From positions 1 to 53,069 of the IMG/VR virus record IMGVR_UViG_3300030118_003137: a DNA stretch of 53,069 nucleotides; one strand, given 5' to 3'. Position 1 is the first letter of the stretch, and every line of letters begins with the position of its first letter. The notes under the pieces were generated by a model. It was not told where the DNA came from. It was given only the letters and a program-made list of their open reading frames with translations, and ran no database searches. Shown piece by piece: positions 1-7,676 of the stretch. The DNA is from a virus (lineage: Duplodnaviria > Caudoviricetes). The translations under genes and the position numbers were made by a program.

Positions 1-35
1 TTTTCTATTACGCAATCTTTTAACCTCGTCCATGT
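1..35. repeat. Terminal direct overlap, copy 1 (circular assembly join)
   Basis: ttttctattacgcaa(t/c)cttttaacctcgtccatgt at 1-35 matches 53035-53069 at 34/35 nt. Confidence 0.95.
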
Positions 36-264
36 GTGTTTTAATTTCAGCATCAATAAGGTTTGTATTTTTATTCATCTCTACCATAAAATAGTCTATA
101 GAAGACGCTTTGTTAGAGATTTCTTTTTTAAGTTCACTAATAGCATTATCAATTGTAGTTAGTGCCTCTGTATTATCTGGCTCTAAAAGCTCTTGATTTT
201 CTCTATCGATTTGTAAATCAATAAGAGTACCTATTAGATCTCTTGTTGTTGGTTTATTAGACAT
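1..264 (-). CDS. N-terminal part of Gp157-like coiled-coil protein; continues across the join into 52744-53067
   Basis: Manual translation from ATG at 264: MSNKPTTRDLIGTLIDLQ...IDAEIKTHMDEVKRLRNRK. The last 11 residues equal the start of the 52744..53067 ORF, giving ~184 aa joined. The start overlaps the primase-helicase stop. Confidence 0.85.
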   Translation of the reverse strand, partial: MSNKPTTRDLIGTLIDLQIDRENQELLEPDNTEALTTIDNAISELKKEISNKASSIDYFMVEMNKNTNLIDAEIKTHMDEVKRLRNRK

Positions 265-2035
265 TTGTCCTCCGTAATCTGAAAGATGGCGTCCATTCTA
301 CTTCCGTTTCAAACAACTCTCCATCTGTATTTTTAAACAATTTAATTGATTTATTTGGTGAATTTGCTTGACCATTTAAGCCAATTACCTTTCTAGAGGC
401 ATTTTCTATAGCACCTGAACCTTTACCTGCATAAAGGTCTAATACTTCGTTTCTACTGTATTCTCTGCTTACCTGGGACACTTGTACAATAATTACATCT
501 AAATTAACAGCCATATTAGATAATCCATGAGATATATGCTTAATTTGTTCGTACTCGCCTTTAATATGTGGCGGAGTTTCAACTAAATCAATATAATCCA
601 CAATTACCATAGCAGGTTGTAATTCAGTTATTTTAGTTTGTATTTGGTCAAGTGTAGGTGATACAGTTTGCACACTTATGTGCTGAACTTTATCTTTTAC
701 AGTAGGATAGATGCTTCTATATTCTGCAGTAACAACATCTTTTGGCTTATTTGATGCAATTTGAAGACTTCTTCTATGCATATACCAGCCAGCAAGTTCT
801 AAAGATAGATATAGCGTAGGTATTTGAGCTTTTAGGTCAATTCTATCTTCATAATGATTATAACCTAATGCAATATTGTGTGCCAATGTAGTTTTGCTAC
901 TACCAGTTGGTCCAAATATAGTTATAAGGTCACCAGGGTAAAACATACAATCTTGCTCCATACCTAATGATTTGGAAAAATTGTAAGCTCTACCTGTAAA
1001 ATCAGTTGTTAATCGATCTTCTAGCTGTGTTTGCATGCTATCTGATGTCATTACGTCTACAAAATAGTCTTTTCTTTTGTAGTATATGCATTTAGGGTTA
1101 CATAGACTAGACATTAATTCGTCTTTGCAGCCATATTGATAACCTTTATTATATGCATATTCTACTTGCTTTATGACTTCATGTTCATGTAGTTGACCAT
1201 CATTCCATTTTAGCATTATTTCTTTTGCTGCCTCTGATGGTATGCCGTGTCTTCTATAGTGAGAAATCATTCTAAGCATTGTTTTGTGTCTAGAACCTTG
1301 TTGTGGTCCTTGATTGTACATAGCTTGTATACAAGTTGCAACTTTCCTAGGTTCCATTACTTTACCCAAAGTTCTTTTTATGGACTGTTCAGTCACGATA
1401 TGATCCTCTAATTCGCCGTCTCCATGTAATTCTGTGTATGGAAACTCTATTCTAGGATACTTAGCTAAATCGTGAATTTCTTGCCACGTTTTATTCATTA
1501 TTTCTTGGTAAGTAAGGGGAATTTTATATAAACCTGTTTTATTGTTTATAGTATGTGCAACTCTATATAATCCTGTTCTCATATATATCATTGAGTCAAC
1601 ATCAGGAAATAACTTCATCATAGTGTCTTTTACCTGAAATTGCAACTCTTCTGAAGGTACAAAATTAAAAACAGAATTAGGAATCATTATATGATAACCA
1701 GAGCCAGAGAAATATACCCTAAAATTATGTTGTTGCAGGTCTAATTCATCGGTTAAACTAAAAACTAATGCTTGACATTTTTTTAATGTAAAATCATCAG
1801 TGTTTTGCTCTCTGTCAATGTCTATTAGAACATTATCAATTGCTCTAACTCCATAATAATTTCTTAAGCTATTATTATGTGCATCTGCATAATCATAAGC
1901 ATCTTGACCATACATATACAATGACCTATATAGAGGAACTCCGTTCATGTGTTTTGGAAGCTCCTCTTTAGGTATTAGGACGCCCCGATTTTTTGGAGCG
2001 TCCTTAGCTATCTCTATGTAATTATAGATTTGCAA
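257..2035 (-). CDS. AEP-type primase(-polymerase) fused to a RecA/DnaB-like (SF4) helicase
   Basis: N-terminal AEP motifs LIDID, FSGSGYHI and D..IY...GLYR. Central PriCT-like helical region (GSRH...HYRRHG) with Cys cluster YGC...CNPKC. C-terminal Walker A GPTGSSKTT, LYLSLEL, IVDYIDL, VSQVSRE and KGSGAIEN. Confidence 0.88.
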   Translation of the reverse strand: MQIYNYIEIAKDAPKNRGVLIPKEELPKHMNGVPLYRSLYMYGQDAYDYADAHNNSLRNYYGVRAIDNVLIDIDREQNTDDFTLKKCQALVFSLTDELDLQQHNFRVYFSGSGYHIMIPNSVFNFVPSEELQFQVKDTMMKLFPDVDSMIYMRTGLYRVAHTINNKTGLYKIPLTYQEIMNKTWQEIHDLAKYPRIEFPYTELHGDGELEDHIVTEQSIKRTLGKVMEPRKVATCIQAMYNQGPQQGSRHKTMLRMISHYRRHGIPSEAAKEIMLKWNDGQLHEHEVIKQVEYAYNKGYQYGCKDELMSSLCNPKCIYYKRKDYFVDVMTSDSMQTQLEDRLTTDFTGRAYNFSKSLGMEQDCMFYPGDLITIFGPTGSSKTTLAHNIALGYNHYEDRIDLKAQIPTLYLSLELAGWYMHRRSLQIASNKPKDVVTAEYRSIYPTVKDKVQHISVQTVSPTLDQIQTKITELQPAMVIVDYIDLVETPPHIKGEYEQIKHISHGLSNMAVNLDVIIVQVSQVSREYSRNEVLDLYAGKGSGAIENASRKVIGLNGQANSPNKSIKLFKNTDGELFETEVEWTPSFRLRRTNV

Positions 2036-2612
2036 TGTCTATGCCATCAACGTTTGCTGCACCATTCATTTGCACCGATTGTGCTGGTGTAGACATATCT
2101 TTAGGAGCCTCATTTAAGAATCCTTTAGATCTTAGAAAGTTGATATAGCCTTCTAATTCATTCTCAGAATTAGCAGTTTTAGCTAATACTTTATTATGTA
2201 CTCTAGTATAAGCCTGTCCATTCTTTGCAAGTTCTTTAAATACAAATATAGTCAAATTAGTGCCCATATATTGATTTAAATGAGTAACAATATCTCCAAT
2301 AGGTTCTTCTTTTTCGTTAACCCATTGACCTAAATGATTTGGTCCACCCATTTCACCAATAGCATCAAAGAAATGTGTTACTTTTTTAAGTAAAGAACAA
2401 TCTTTAATTTGACCATTAGACTCTTTGTCATAAGAACCAGCTATTTTCATGATTCTTGGATAGTCAGAGCCTTCTACATTAAACTCAATAACTAAATAAA
2501 CATCAGCCCAGTCATACTTAGCTGCTTCATCTGTTATCTTTGAGATTGTGCCAGTTTTAATACCTAACCAATCACCACCACTCTTTTTTACTTCTGAACG
2601 CATTATTGCCAT
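2022..2612 (-). CDS. Putative single-stranded DNA-binding protein
   Basis: Beta-rich N-terminus, flexible acidic-ended tail, and position between a Sak4-like ATPase and the primase-helicase, where SSB typically sits. Confidence 0.55.
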   Translation of the reverse strand: MAIMRSEVKKSGGDWLGIKTGTISKITDEAAKYDWADVYLVIEFNVEGSDYPRIMKIAGSYDKESNGQIKDCSLLKKVTHFFDAIGEMGGPNHLGQWVNEKEEPIGDIVTHLNQYMGTNLTIFVFKELAKNGQAYTRVHNKVLAKTANSENELEGYINFLRSKGFLNEAPKDMSTPAQSVQMNGAANVDGIDIANL

Positions 2613-2613
2613 A

Positions 2614-3480
2614 TTATTTTCCCTCCTCTTTGTAGGATTTTATTTCTGTTATTATTGATTCGTAATCAAATGGTAAAGCTTTATTAGCAAGTGGTGCTAA
2701 TCTTGAACCTACCATTCTTTCGTCGTAACCTTCAAATGATACTTCATAGTCTTGTGTAGACTTATTTACAGTAGCATATCCGATTACATCTGCTTTTGCA
2801 CATAGTGCTCTGCCTAAACCACTTGGCAGTGATGGTGCTAATTGTGCCTTATCATCTGTCATTGCTGTTTGCTTAGCATGAGATATAAGAACTAAATTTC
2901 CACCTTTTTTCTTTAAGAAATCTTGCAGTTTTTTAACAATGTCTGCATTCTTTCTTTTAGCTGCTGCCCAGTCTGCACCCCAAGAGCCATCACCCATATT
3001 TTGTATACCTAAGTCATTTTTAACTACATCTTCTATCCATGAGTTAACTTGATCTATAGTATCTATCACGATTGTATCGTAAGGGTATTGCTCCCAGTTT
3101 TTCATTAAATCAGCTAGTATTTCAGCTAATGAATAGACGTGCAATGGTTTACCTTTATCTGGTCCACCTCTATAATAAAATCCACGTTCATTTGTCGGGA
3201 CTATCTCTATTACTGCTTGACCATTTTTAGTAACTTGCACACCATCTTTTTCTTGAATCCTTGTAGGTGGATTCAAACCACAACAAGTGACAACATTTGC
3301 AGCATCAACAAAATCTGCACCTAAATCAGTATCTATCACTAGACAACCTTCACTACCTTTAGGTGACCATTTTGATGCTTGTGTTGTTTTACCTGTCTTT
3401 GGCTGACCAATAAAATACCATGTTATTCCACCTGGTAAATCGGCTGACCAATCCGTGCTTATTGTATTTACTTTTAACAT
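2614..3480 (-). CDS. AAA_24 / Sak4-like P-loop ATPase (recombination)
   Basis: Walker A GQPKTGKTT, IDTDLGA, Walker B TIVIDTID, LVLISH and KADVIGY. Confidence 0.85.
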   Translation of the reverse strand: MLKVNTISTDWSADLPGGITWYFIGQPKTGKTTQASKWSPKGSEGCLVIDTDLGADFVDAANVVTCCGLNPPTRIQEKDGVQVTKNGQAVIEIVPTNERGFYYRGGPDKGKPLHVYSLAEILADLMKNWEQYPYDTIVIDTIDQVNSWIEDVVKNDLGIQNMGDGSWGADWAAAKRKNADIVKKLQDFLKKKGGNLVLISHAKQTAMTDDKAQLAPSLPSGLGRALCAKADVIGYATVNKSTQDYEVSFEGYDERMVGSRLAPLANKALPFDYESIITEIKSYKEEGK

Positions 3481-3504
3481 ACGACTCCTATTTTAAGAGA
3501 CAAG

Positions 3505-3537
3505 TATCCCTAACTACTAGACGTAAAATTAGGGATA
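3505..3537. other. Intergenic 9-bp hairpin downstream of the E1 gene
   Basis: tatccctaa (3505-3513) / ttagggata (3529-3537) inverted repeat. Confidence 0.5.
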
Positions 3538-3559
3538 TATATCTCTGATTATTGCTGCG

Positions 3560-4246
3560 TTATACAGCAAGTTTATTAATTATCTGTGGTTTAACGAGAT
3601 GCTCTCTACGTAAACTAACAGGACCTAACGACCCCCAAATGTACGCATAATAAATCCTATTTTGCAAGACATTAAATGCTTGTGCTAGGCCATATGATGC
3701 TGCTAAACTACCACAAAAGATTGTGTGCTTAGCTGTACAGGGGTCGTCGGGTATTGCGGAACTTGGCACATAAGATTCCATAAAATAATCGGACTCTCTG
3801 GTCACAGTTATTATTTCAAAACCTAATGCGCCCATTCTCATGTCAAGTAAGAACTCTCTGTCTGGGTTTTCTTTCCATTGATTGTATACTGCAAGCCTAC
3901 ATTCCATATTGTCAGGCGTTAAGAATACTTTATTCTCTAATGGCATTCCAGTTTCCCAGAAAACTTCTCTAAGATTCATTTTAATCTTTTTATTAAGATT
4001 TCTACATGTCTTATTTGCTGCATGTACTTTTGGCTGATTTAGATAACATTCTGGCCATGATGTTGTGGATAAATTGTGTTCCTCTAACATATCAGGGTCC
4101 CATACAGTTATTTCTTTAAATCCCATTATTGCAGCGTTTTGTAGTAATGCAGAGCCTATACCACCAGCTCCTATTACTGTTATTTTATCTAATCTTGATT
4201 GATCGATAATGTCTTGGTTACGAAGGTATCGGTTGCCCATGCTCAT
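3560..4246 (-). CDS. ThiF/MoeB/E1-family adenylyltransferase (Ubl-activating enzyme)
   Basis: RYLRNQ arginine, Rossmann VIGAGGIGS, WDPDMLEEHNLS, PKV, PDNMECR, LDMRMG, and candidate catalytic Cys in DDPCTAK. Confidence 0.92.
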   Translation of the reverse strand: MSMGNRYLRNQDIIDQSRLDKITVIGAGGIGSALLQNAAIMGFKEITVWDPDMLEEHNLSTTSWPECYLNQPKVHAANKTCRNLNKKIKMNLREVFWETGMPLENKVFLTPDNMECRLAVYNQWKENPDREFLLDMRMGALGFEIITVTRESDYFMESYVPSSAIPDDPCTAKHTIFCGSLAASYGLAQAFNVLQNRIYYAYIWGSLGPVSLRREHLVKPQIINKLAV

Positions 4247-5069
4247 CTACTCCTATTTTTTTAAGTTCTTTTTTTAACTTATTTTTCTTTATTCTACCTT
4301 TTTCATAGTCAAGCATAAGTGTGTCGTATGCATCCCATTGGTCAAACCCTATCTCTTCTATTTCGGCGCCAAATGAATTGTTGTATGACATAACATCCAT
4401 CCATTCTTCGTACCTGTCTTGTTTGGTGTTTTGGTTTTTTGTTTGTTCCGCATTTGTTACACCAAATAAAGTCCCCTGTTCTTTATAATAAGAATTATGT
4501 TTTCGTGTGTATAATTGAGGGGCTGTTTTTGTTTTGTTTTTCTTAATGTACTTTGCTTGTTCTATCCATTCTTTATCTGCATTGTCTAAAGTTTCTATCT
4601 CTATATCATCAAACTCTAAAACATGTACATTTCCAAACTGATCGGGGTATGATACACCAAAATGCACCTCTTTTCCAGGCTTAGTTGATACTACTAATGA
4701 ATAATAAAAATTTTCATTAGCGCCATCTTCGCATTGTTGTATATCTGTTCCGCTAAAGAACGCTCCCATACTATGGTGAGAATGTATATTACCTTGAACC
4801 CAAGATTTACCTATTTCAGGAAACTCTTTTCTTAAAGGTTTGTATATTTTAATTAGTTCTTCGCCGTCCCAATCTGTTTCACTTGCTGTACCTAAATGCA
4901 ATGGATGAAAGTATTCTAACTTTACTTCAGTTGGAAAACCATTTTCATCTTTTTCATGTGAGTACCATGCTGGTCCTGACCATTCTAAACTTGGAAACTT
5001 TTTAAGAAAATAAAGTACCTTGTCCCAAATCGTCGAAGGAATTATTAACTTCTGATTTATTAAGTTCAT
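4218..5069 (-). CDS. JAB/MPN+ (JAMM) metallopeptidase with C-terminal extension
   Basis: N-terminal Glu in LEWSG and JAMM motif IHSHHSMGAFFSGTD (HxH...S..D). Confidence 0.9.
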   Translation of the reverse strand: MNLINQKLIIPSTIWDKVLYFLKKFPSLEWSGPAWYSHEKDENGFPTEVKLEYFHPLHLGTASETDWDGEELIKIYKPLRKEFPEIGKSWVQGNIHSHHSMGAFFSGTDIQQCEDGANENFYYSLVVSTKPGKEVHFGVSYPDQFGNVHVLEFDDIEIETLDNADKEWIEQAKYIKKNKTKTAPQLYTRKHNSYYKEQGTLFGVTNAEQTKNQNTKQDRYEEWMDVMSYNNSFGAEIEEIGFDQWDAYDTLMLDYEKGRIKKNKLKKELKKIGVDEHGQPIPS

Positions 5070-6363
5070 TTATGAACCTCCTTTTGTCTCTTTCCACTTG
5101 TTCTAATGCTAACCTACATGCAAACTTTCTTACTCTTTTGTATCTTAATGCAATAGAATCTACATCTACTGAATTTTTAAGAACTTTTAAATAGTTTTCA
5201 GCTGCTTTATGTGGTGCTTGTTTTCTTAGCAATACAACGAAGTTTGTTAATTTATCACCTGCCCATTTTATATGTTTTAGAAACTCATTAGCATCTTCAC
5301 GTAAATGATTACTTGTTATTTCGTTAAGATTAGTAATTTCGTCTCTATTGTCAGTATCTAATGAAACAGAATATCTAGGATTTAAAGAAATTTTGCCAGT
5401 TTGTTTAGCTGTATATATATCATTTGCTAATTTCTCTAGCTTTCTACTTGTTTCTTCATCCATTTCTCCGTTGTAATGTGCTTTACATGTTAATAAAAAT
5501 ACTCTGACAAATTCAAAAGACTGTACTAGGCTTAGTTCGCCTATATGATGTGCAATTGATACATATCCAAGTATTTTATTTGATATACTGCTAGCATATT
5601 CATACAAACCCCCACTATACCTTTGATGTAAAAATGGAAATTTCTTAACTCTAAAATATGCTTGTAGCAGTTGTGGTTCTTGACCTGTGATTGTTATAGT
5701 ATTAAAAGCTGTTAAATCTTTAGGCCAATTCCATCTCATCGGGTCTGTTGCTACACTATAAGCATCTATACCCGAGTCTGCTGCTTCTTCACTAAATATA
5801 TCATTAATTTGATTTACACTATGTAATTGACATTTGAGGTCTATTGTTTTAAAATGTGTGCCTCTAAAATATGTATCGTTACCTGTGTATGTTCCTAAGA
5901 ATGCTCTAATTAATGACATAAATTGTATGTAATTAGCTGCAACAAATGCTGTGCCTAGATCACCTTGATAGGTTCCTAGACATGGTTTACCATTATTTAT
6001 ATGAGGATGTTGTGCATATAGTGCTAAGGTTTCTGACTCTAACTCTTGTATATTATAAAAAGAGTAATTTTGTACACCATTGCTAAAATCCACATCAAGC
6101 CAATACTCTCCCATATGGAGGTGTGGTCTATATTTGACTATAACTTTCTTTAAACATACCAATGCTCTGTCTTCGTCTACTGTTATTGATTCGTCGTTAT
6201 CACTATTGTAACGAGATTTTTTTACAGTGGTTACTCTAATTGGATATTTTTTAGAAAGATATTTGGCTTGATTCTCTAAACTCATTTCTGGTTCACTTAC
6301 ACCATTAGTGTTATCGTGCCATTCATGTAATAAATCGCACCATAATTGTTCAGTTTCGTTCAT
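5002..6363 (-). CDS. Prokaryotic E2-like (UBC-fold) conjugating enzyme with long helical C-terminal extension
   Basis: E2 signature QHPHINNGKPCLG (HPH/N...C) followed by an amphipathic helix (YIQFMSLIRAFL); lies between the Ubl and JAB genes. Confidence 0.8.
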   Translation of the reverse strand: MNETEQLWCDLLHEWHDNTNGVSEPEMSLENQAKYLSKKYPIRVTTVKKSRYNSDNDESITVDEDRALVCLKKVIVKYRPHLHMGEYWLDVDFSNGVQNYSFYNIQELESETLALYAQHPHINNGKPCLGTYQGDLGTAFVAANYIQFMSLIRAFLGTYTGNDTYFRGTHFKTIDLKCQLHSVNQINDIFSEEAADSGIDAYSVATDPMRWNWPKDLTAFNTITITGQEPQLLQAYFRVKKFPFLHQRYSGGLYEYASSISNKILGYVSIAHHIGELSLVQSFEFVRVFLLTCKAHYNGEMDEETSRKLEKLANDIYTAKQTGKISLNPRYSVSLDTDNRDEITNLNEITSNHLREDANEFLKHIKWAGDKLTNFVVLLRKQAPHKAAENYLKVLKNSVDVDSIALRYKRVRKFACRLALEQVERDKRRFINELNKSEVNNSFDDLGQGTLFS

Positions 6364-6383
6364 AGAACCTCCTGGTTGTGAGT

Positions 6384-6470
6384 AAGGGGGCTCACATATT
6401 CCTTTATGCTAGTCCGCCACGTATGACTAGTTTGTTTGGCTAATATCTTAGGACCAGTTATTGCCCCCTT
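6384..6470 (-). ncRNA. Structured intergenic element between Ubl and E2 genes
   Basis: Outer 8-bp stem aagggggc/gccccctt and inner stem ctagtc/gactag. Confidence 0.45.
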
Positions 6471-6488
6471 CTCTATTTAAAAGCCTAC

Positions 6489-6728
6489 TTATCTACCTGA
6501 TTTGTTTTTGGCTTTCATTATTACTATAGTATCACCTTCTTGCAAGTTCATTGCAGCAGTAACTTTTCTTTCTTCACCGTCTTCGCCTGTTACTTCTATA
6601 ATAGCTTCACCTTGATCTACTGAATATTCTCTAAGAACATCTGCTAATTTTACAAATCTACCTGATTCAAATGTTCCACCTCTTGTATATGATGATACTT
6701 CTACGTTTACTCCTTGAGCTGCTGGCAT
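6489..6728 (-). CDS. Ubiquitin-like (beta-grasp, ThiS/MoaD-like) small modifier protein
   Basis: 79 aa with helix KLADVLREY, C-terminal LQEGDTIVI (L.xGD.V.I signature) and tail KAKNKSG-R. Strong AAGGAGG RBS; first gene of the cassette. Confidence 0.8.
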   Translation of the reverse strand: MPAAQGVNVEVSSYTRGGTFESGRFVKLADVLREYSVDQGEAIIEVTGEDGEERKVTAAMNLQEGDTIVIMKAKNKSGR

Positions 6729-6751
6729 ATAGCCTCCTTTTCTTTATGTTT

Positions 6752-7450
6752 TTAATTAGGCATATGTGGTTCTGCAAAACTGCAATTGATTTCGCCGTTA
6801 ATTGCACAAATATAACCCATATATGCATCACTTTCTTCTGTTACTCTTACTGTTATTTCCAATAAAGGAAATCTTTTGGATACTTCTTTTATCCATGGTT
6901 CTGGGGGTGACCATGCAGTGTCAAAACATACTTGCAACCATTGATGATCGTAATCATAGTTAGTTGTTACTGCATCCCATTTTGTCCCCCAATTCTCTAC
7001 TGACCACCAATACCAGTCTCTATGTCCATGTTTTTTAATATTTTCCATGGCAACTCTGGCTTCGGTTAAATCATTTACTTCTAAACTATCTTCTAACCAC
7101 TTTGCGATTGCTTTAATTTTATCGCTTTCAGATGATTCTTTGTCAAATAGTTTATCAGGTCCTTCGGTCATCCAGGTTCTGTTAAACATGCCTTTAATTT
7201 CTTCACTATCTCCGTCTAAATGTTTTAGGTATGATATAGCGTCACTAACAGAACTGCCAGATGTAATATTTAAAGATGATGGTCTTGGAACTACACCTTG
7301 AAATGTTAAATTTTCTTCAGTGTATTTATCTCCATTGTCATTTTCTTTTTTCTCAACTTTTATGCTAATTTTTTTAAATTCTTCTAATTGTTTCTCTGCA
7401 TCTTCACCATCTGCAGATATTGTCATTTCGTTATAACACCAGTTAGGCAT
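6752..7450 (-). CDS. DUF1281/YubB-like ferredoxin-fold protein
   Basis: MPNWCYN N-terminus, DWYWWSVENWGTKWDA and FDTAWSPP motifs. Confidence 0.85.
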   Translation of the reverse strand: MPNWCYNEMTISADGEDAEKQLEEFKKISIKVEKKENDNGDKYTEENLTFQGVVPRPSSLNITSGSSVSDAISYLKHLDGDSEEIKGMFNRTWMTEGPDKLFDKESSESDKIKAIAKWLEDSLEVNDLTEARVAMENIKKHGHRDWYWWSVENWGTKWDAVTTNYDYDHQWLQVCFDTAWSPPEPWIKEVSKRFPLLEITVRVTEESDAYMGYICAINGEINCSFAEPHMPN

Positions 7451-7476
7451 ATTATCTCCTTTTCTTTTAAATTTTT

Positions 7477-7673
7477 GGGGAGCCTCTCTAGCGCTACTAG
7501 ACTCTCACTCCCCGTGGTTAACCAATTATTGGCATACTTTAGTTTGACATAGATAGTTAACTCTATCAGACGCCACTGCAGTGCTTCTATCCGCCTCTCT
7601 GTTAGGTATGCCAGCCAGATTTAAGCCCATGCTCGGTAGTCCTGTTTCATACTGACGAGAGACTCACTGGGCT
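7477..7673 (-). ncRNA. Three consecutive structured intergenic elements
   Basis: Stems ggggag/ctcccc (7477-7513), tggcatac/gtatgcca enclosing gatag/ctatc (7530-7613) and agccca/tgggct (7624-7673). Confidence 0.4.
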
Positions 7674-7676
7674 GCA

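Noticed and set aside
1-35. Biological direct terminal repeat or attachment site
   Set aside because: It falls mid-gene, is k-mer sized, and no integrase is present; it is best explained as an assembly overlap.
3560-4246. ThiF as a thiamine/molybdopterin auxiliary metabolic gene
   Set aside because: No thiG/moaE/sulfurtransferase genes nearby, the Zn-binding CxxC pairs of canonical ThiF/MoeB are absent, and the neighbours are E2, JAB and Ubl.
7640-7670. CTGACGAG resembling a hammerhead ribozyme core
   Set aside because: It is on the plus (non-transcribed) strand and is not followed by stem II plus GAAA; the minus strand has GAAAC but no CUGANGA.
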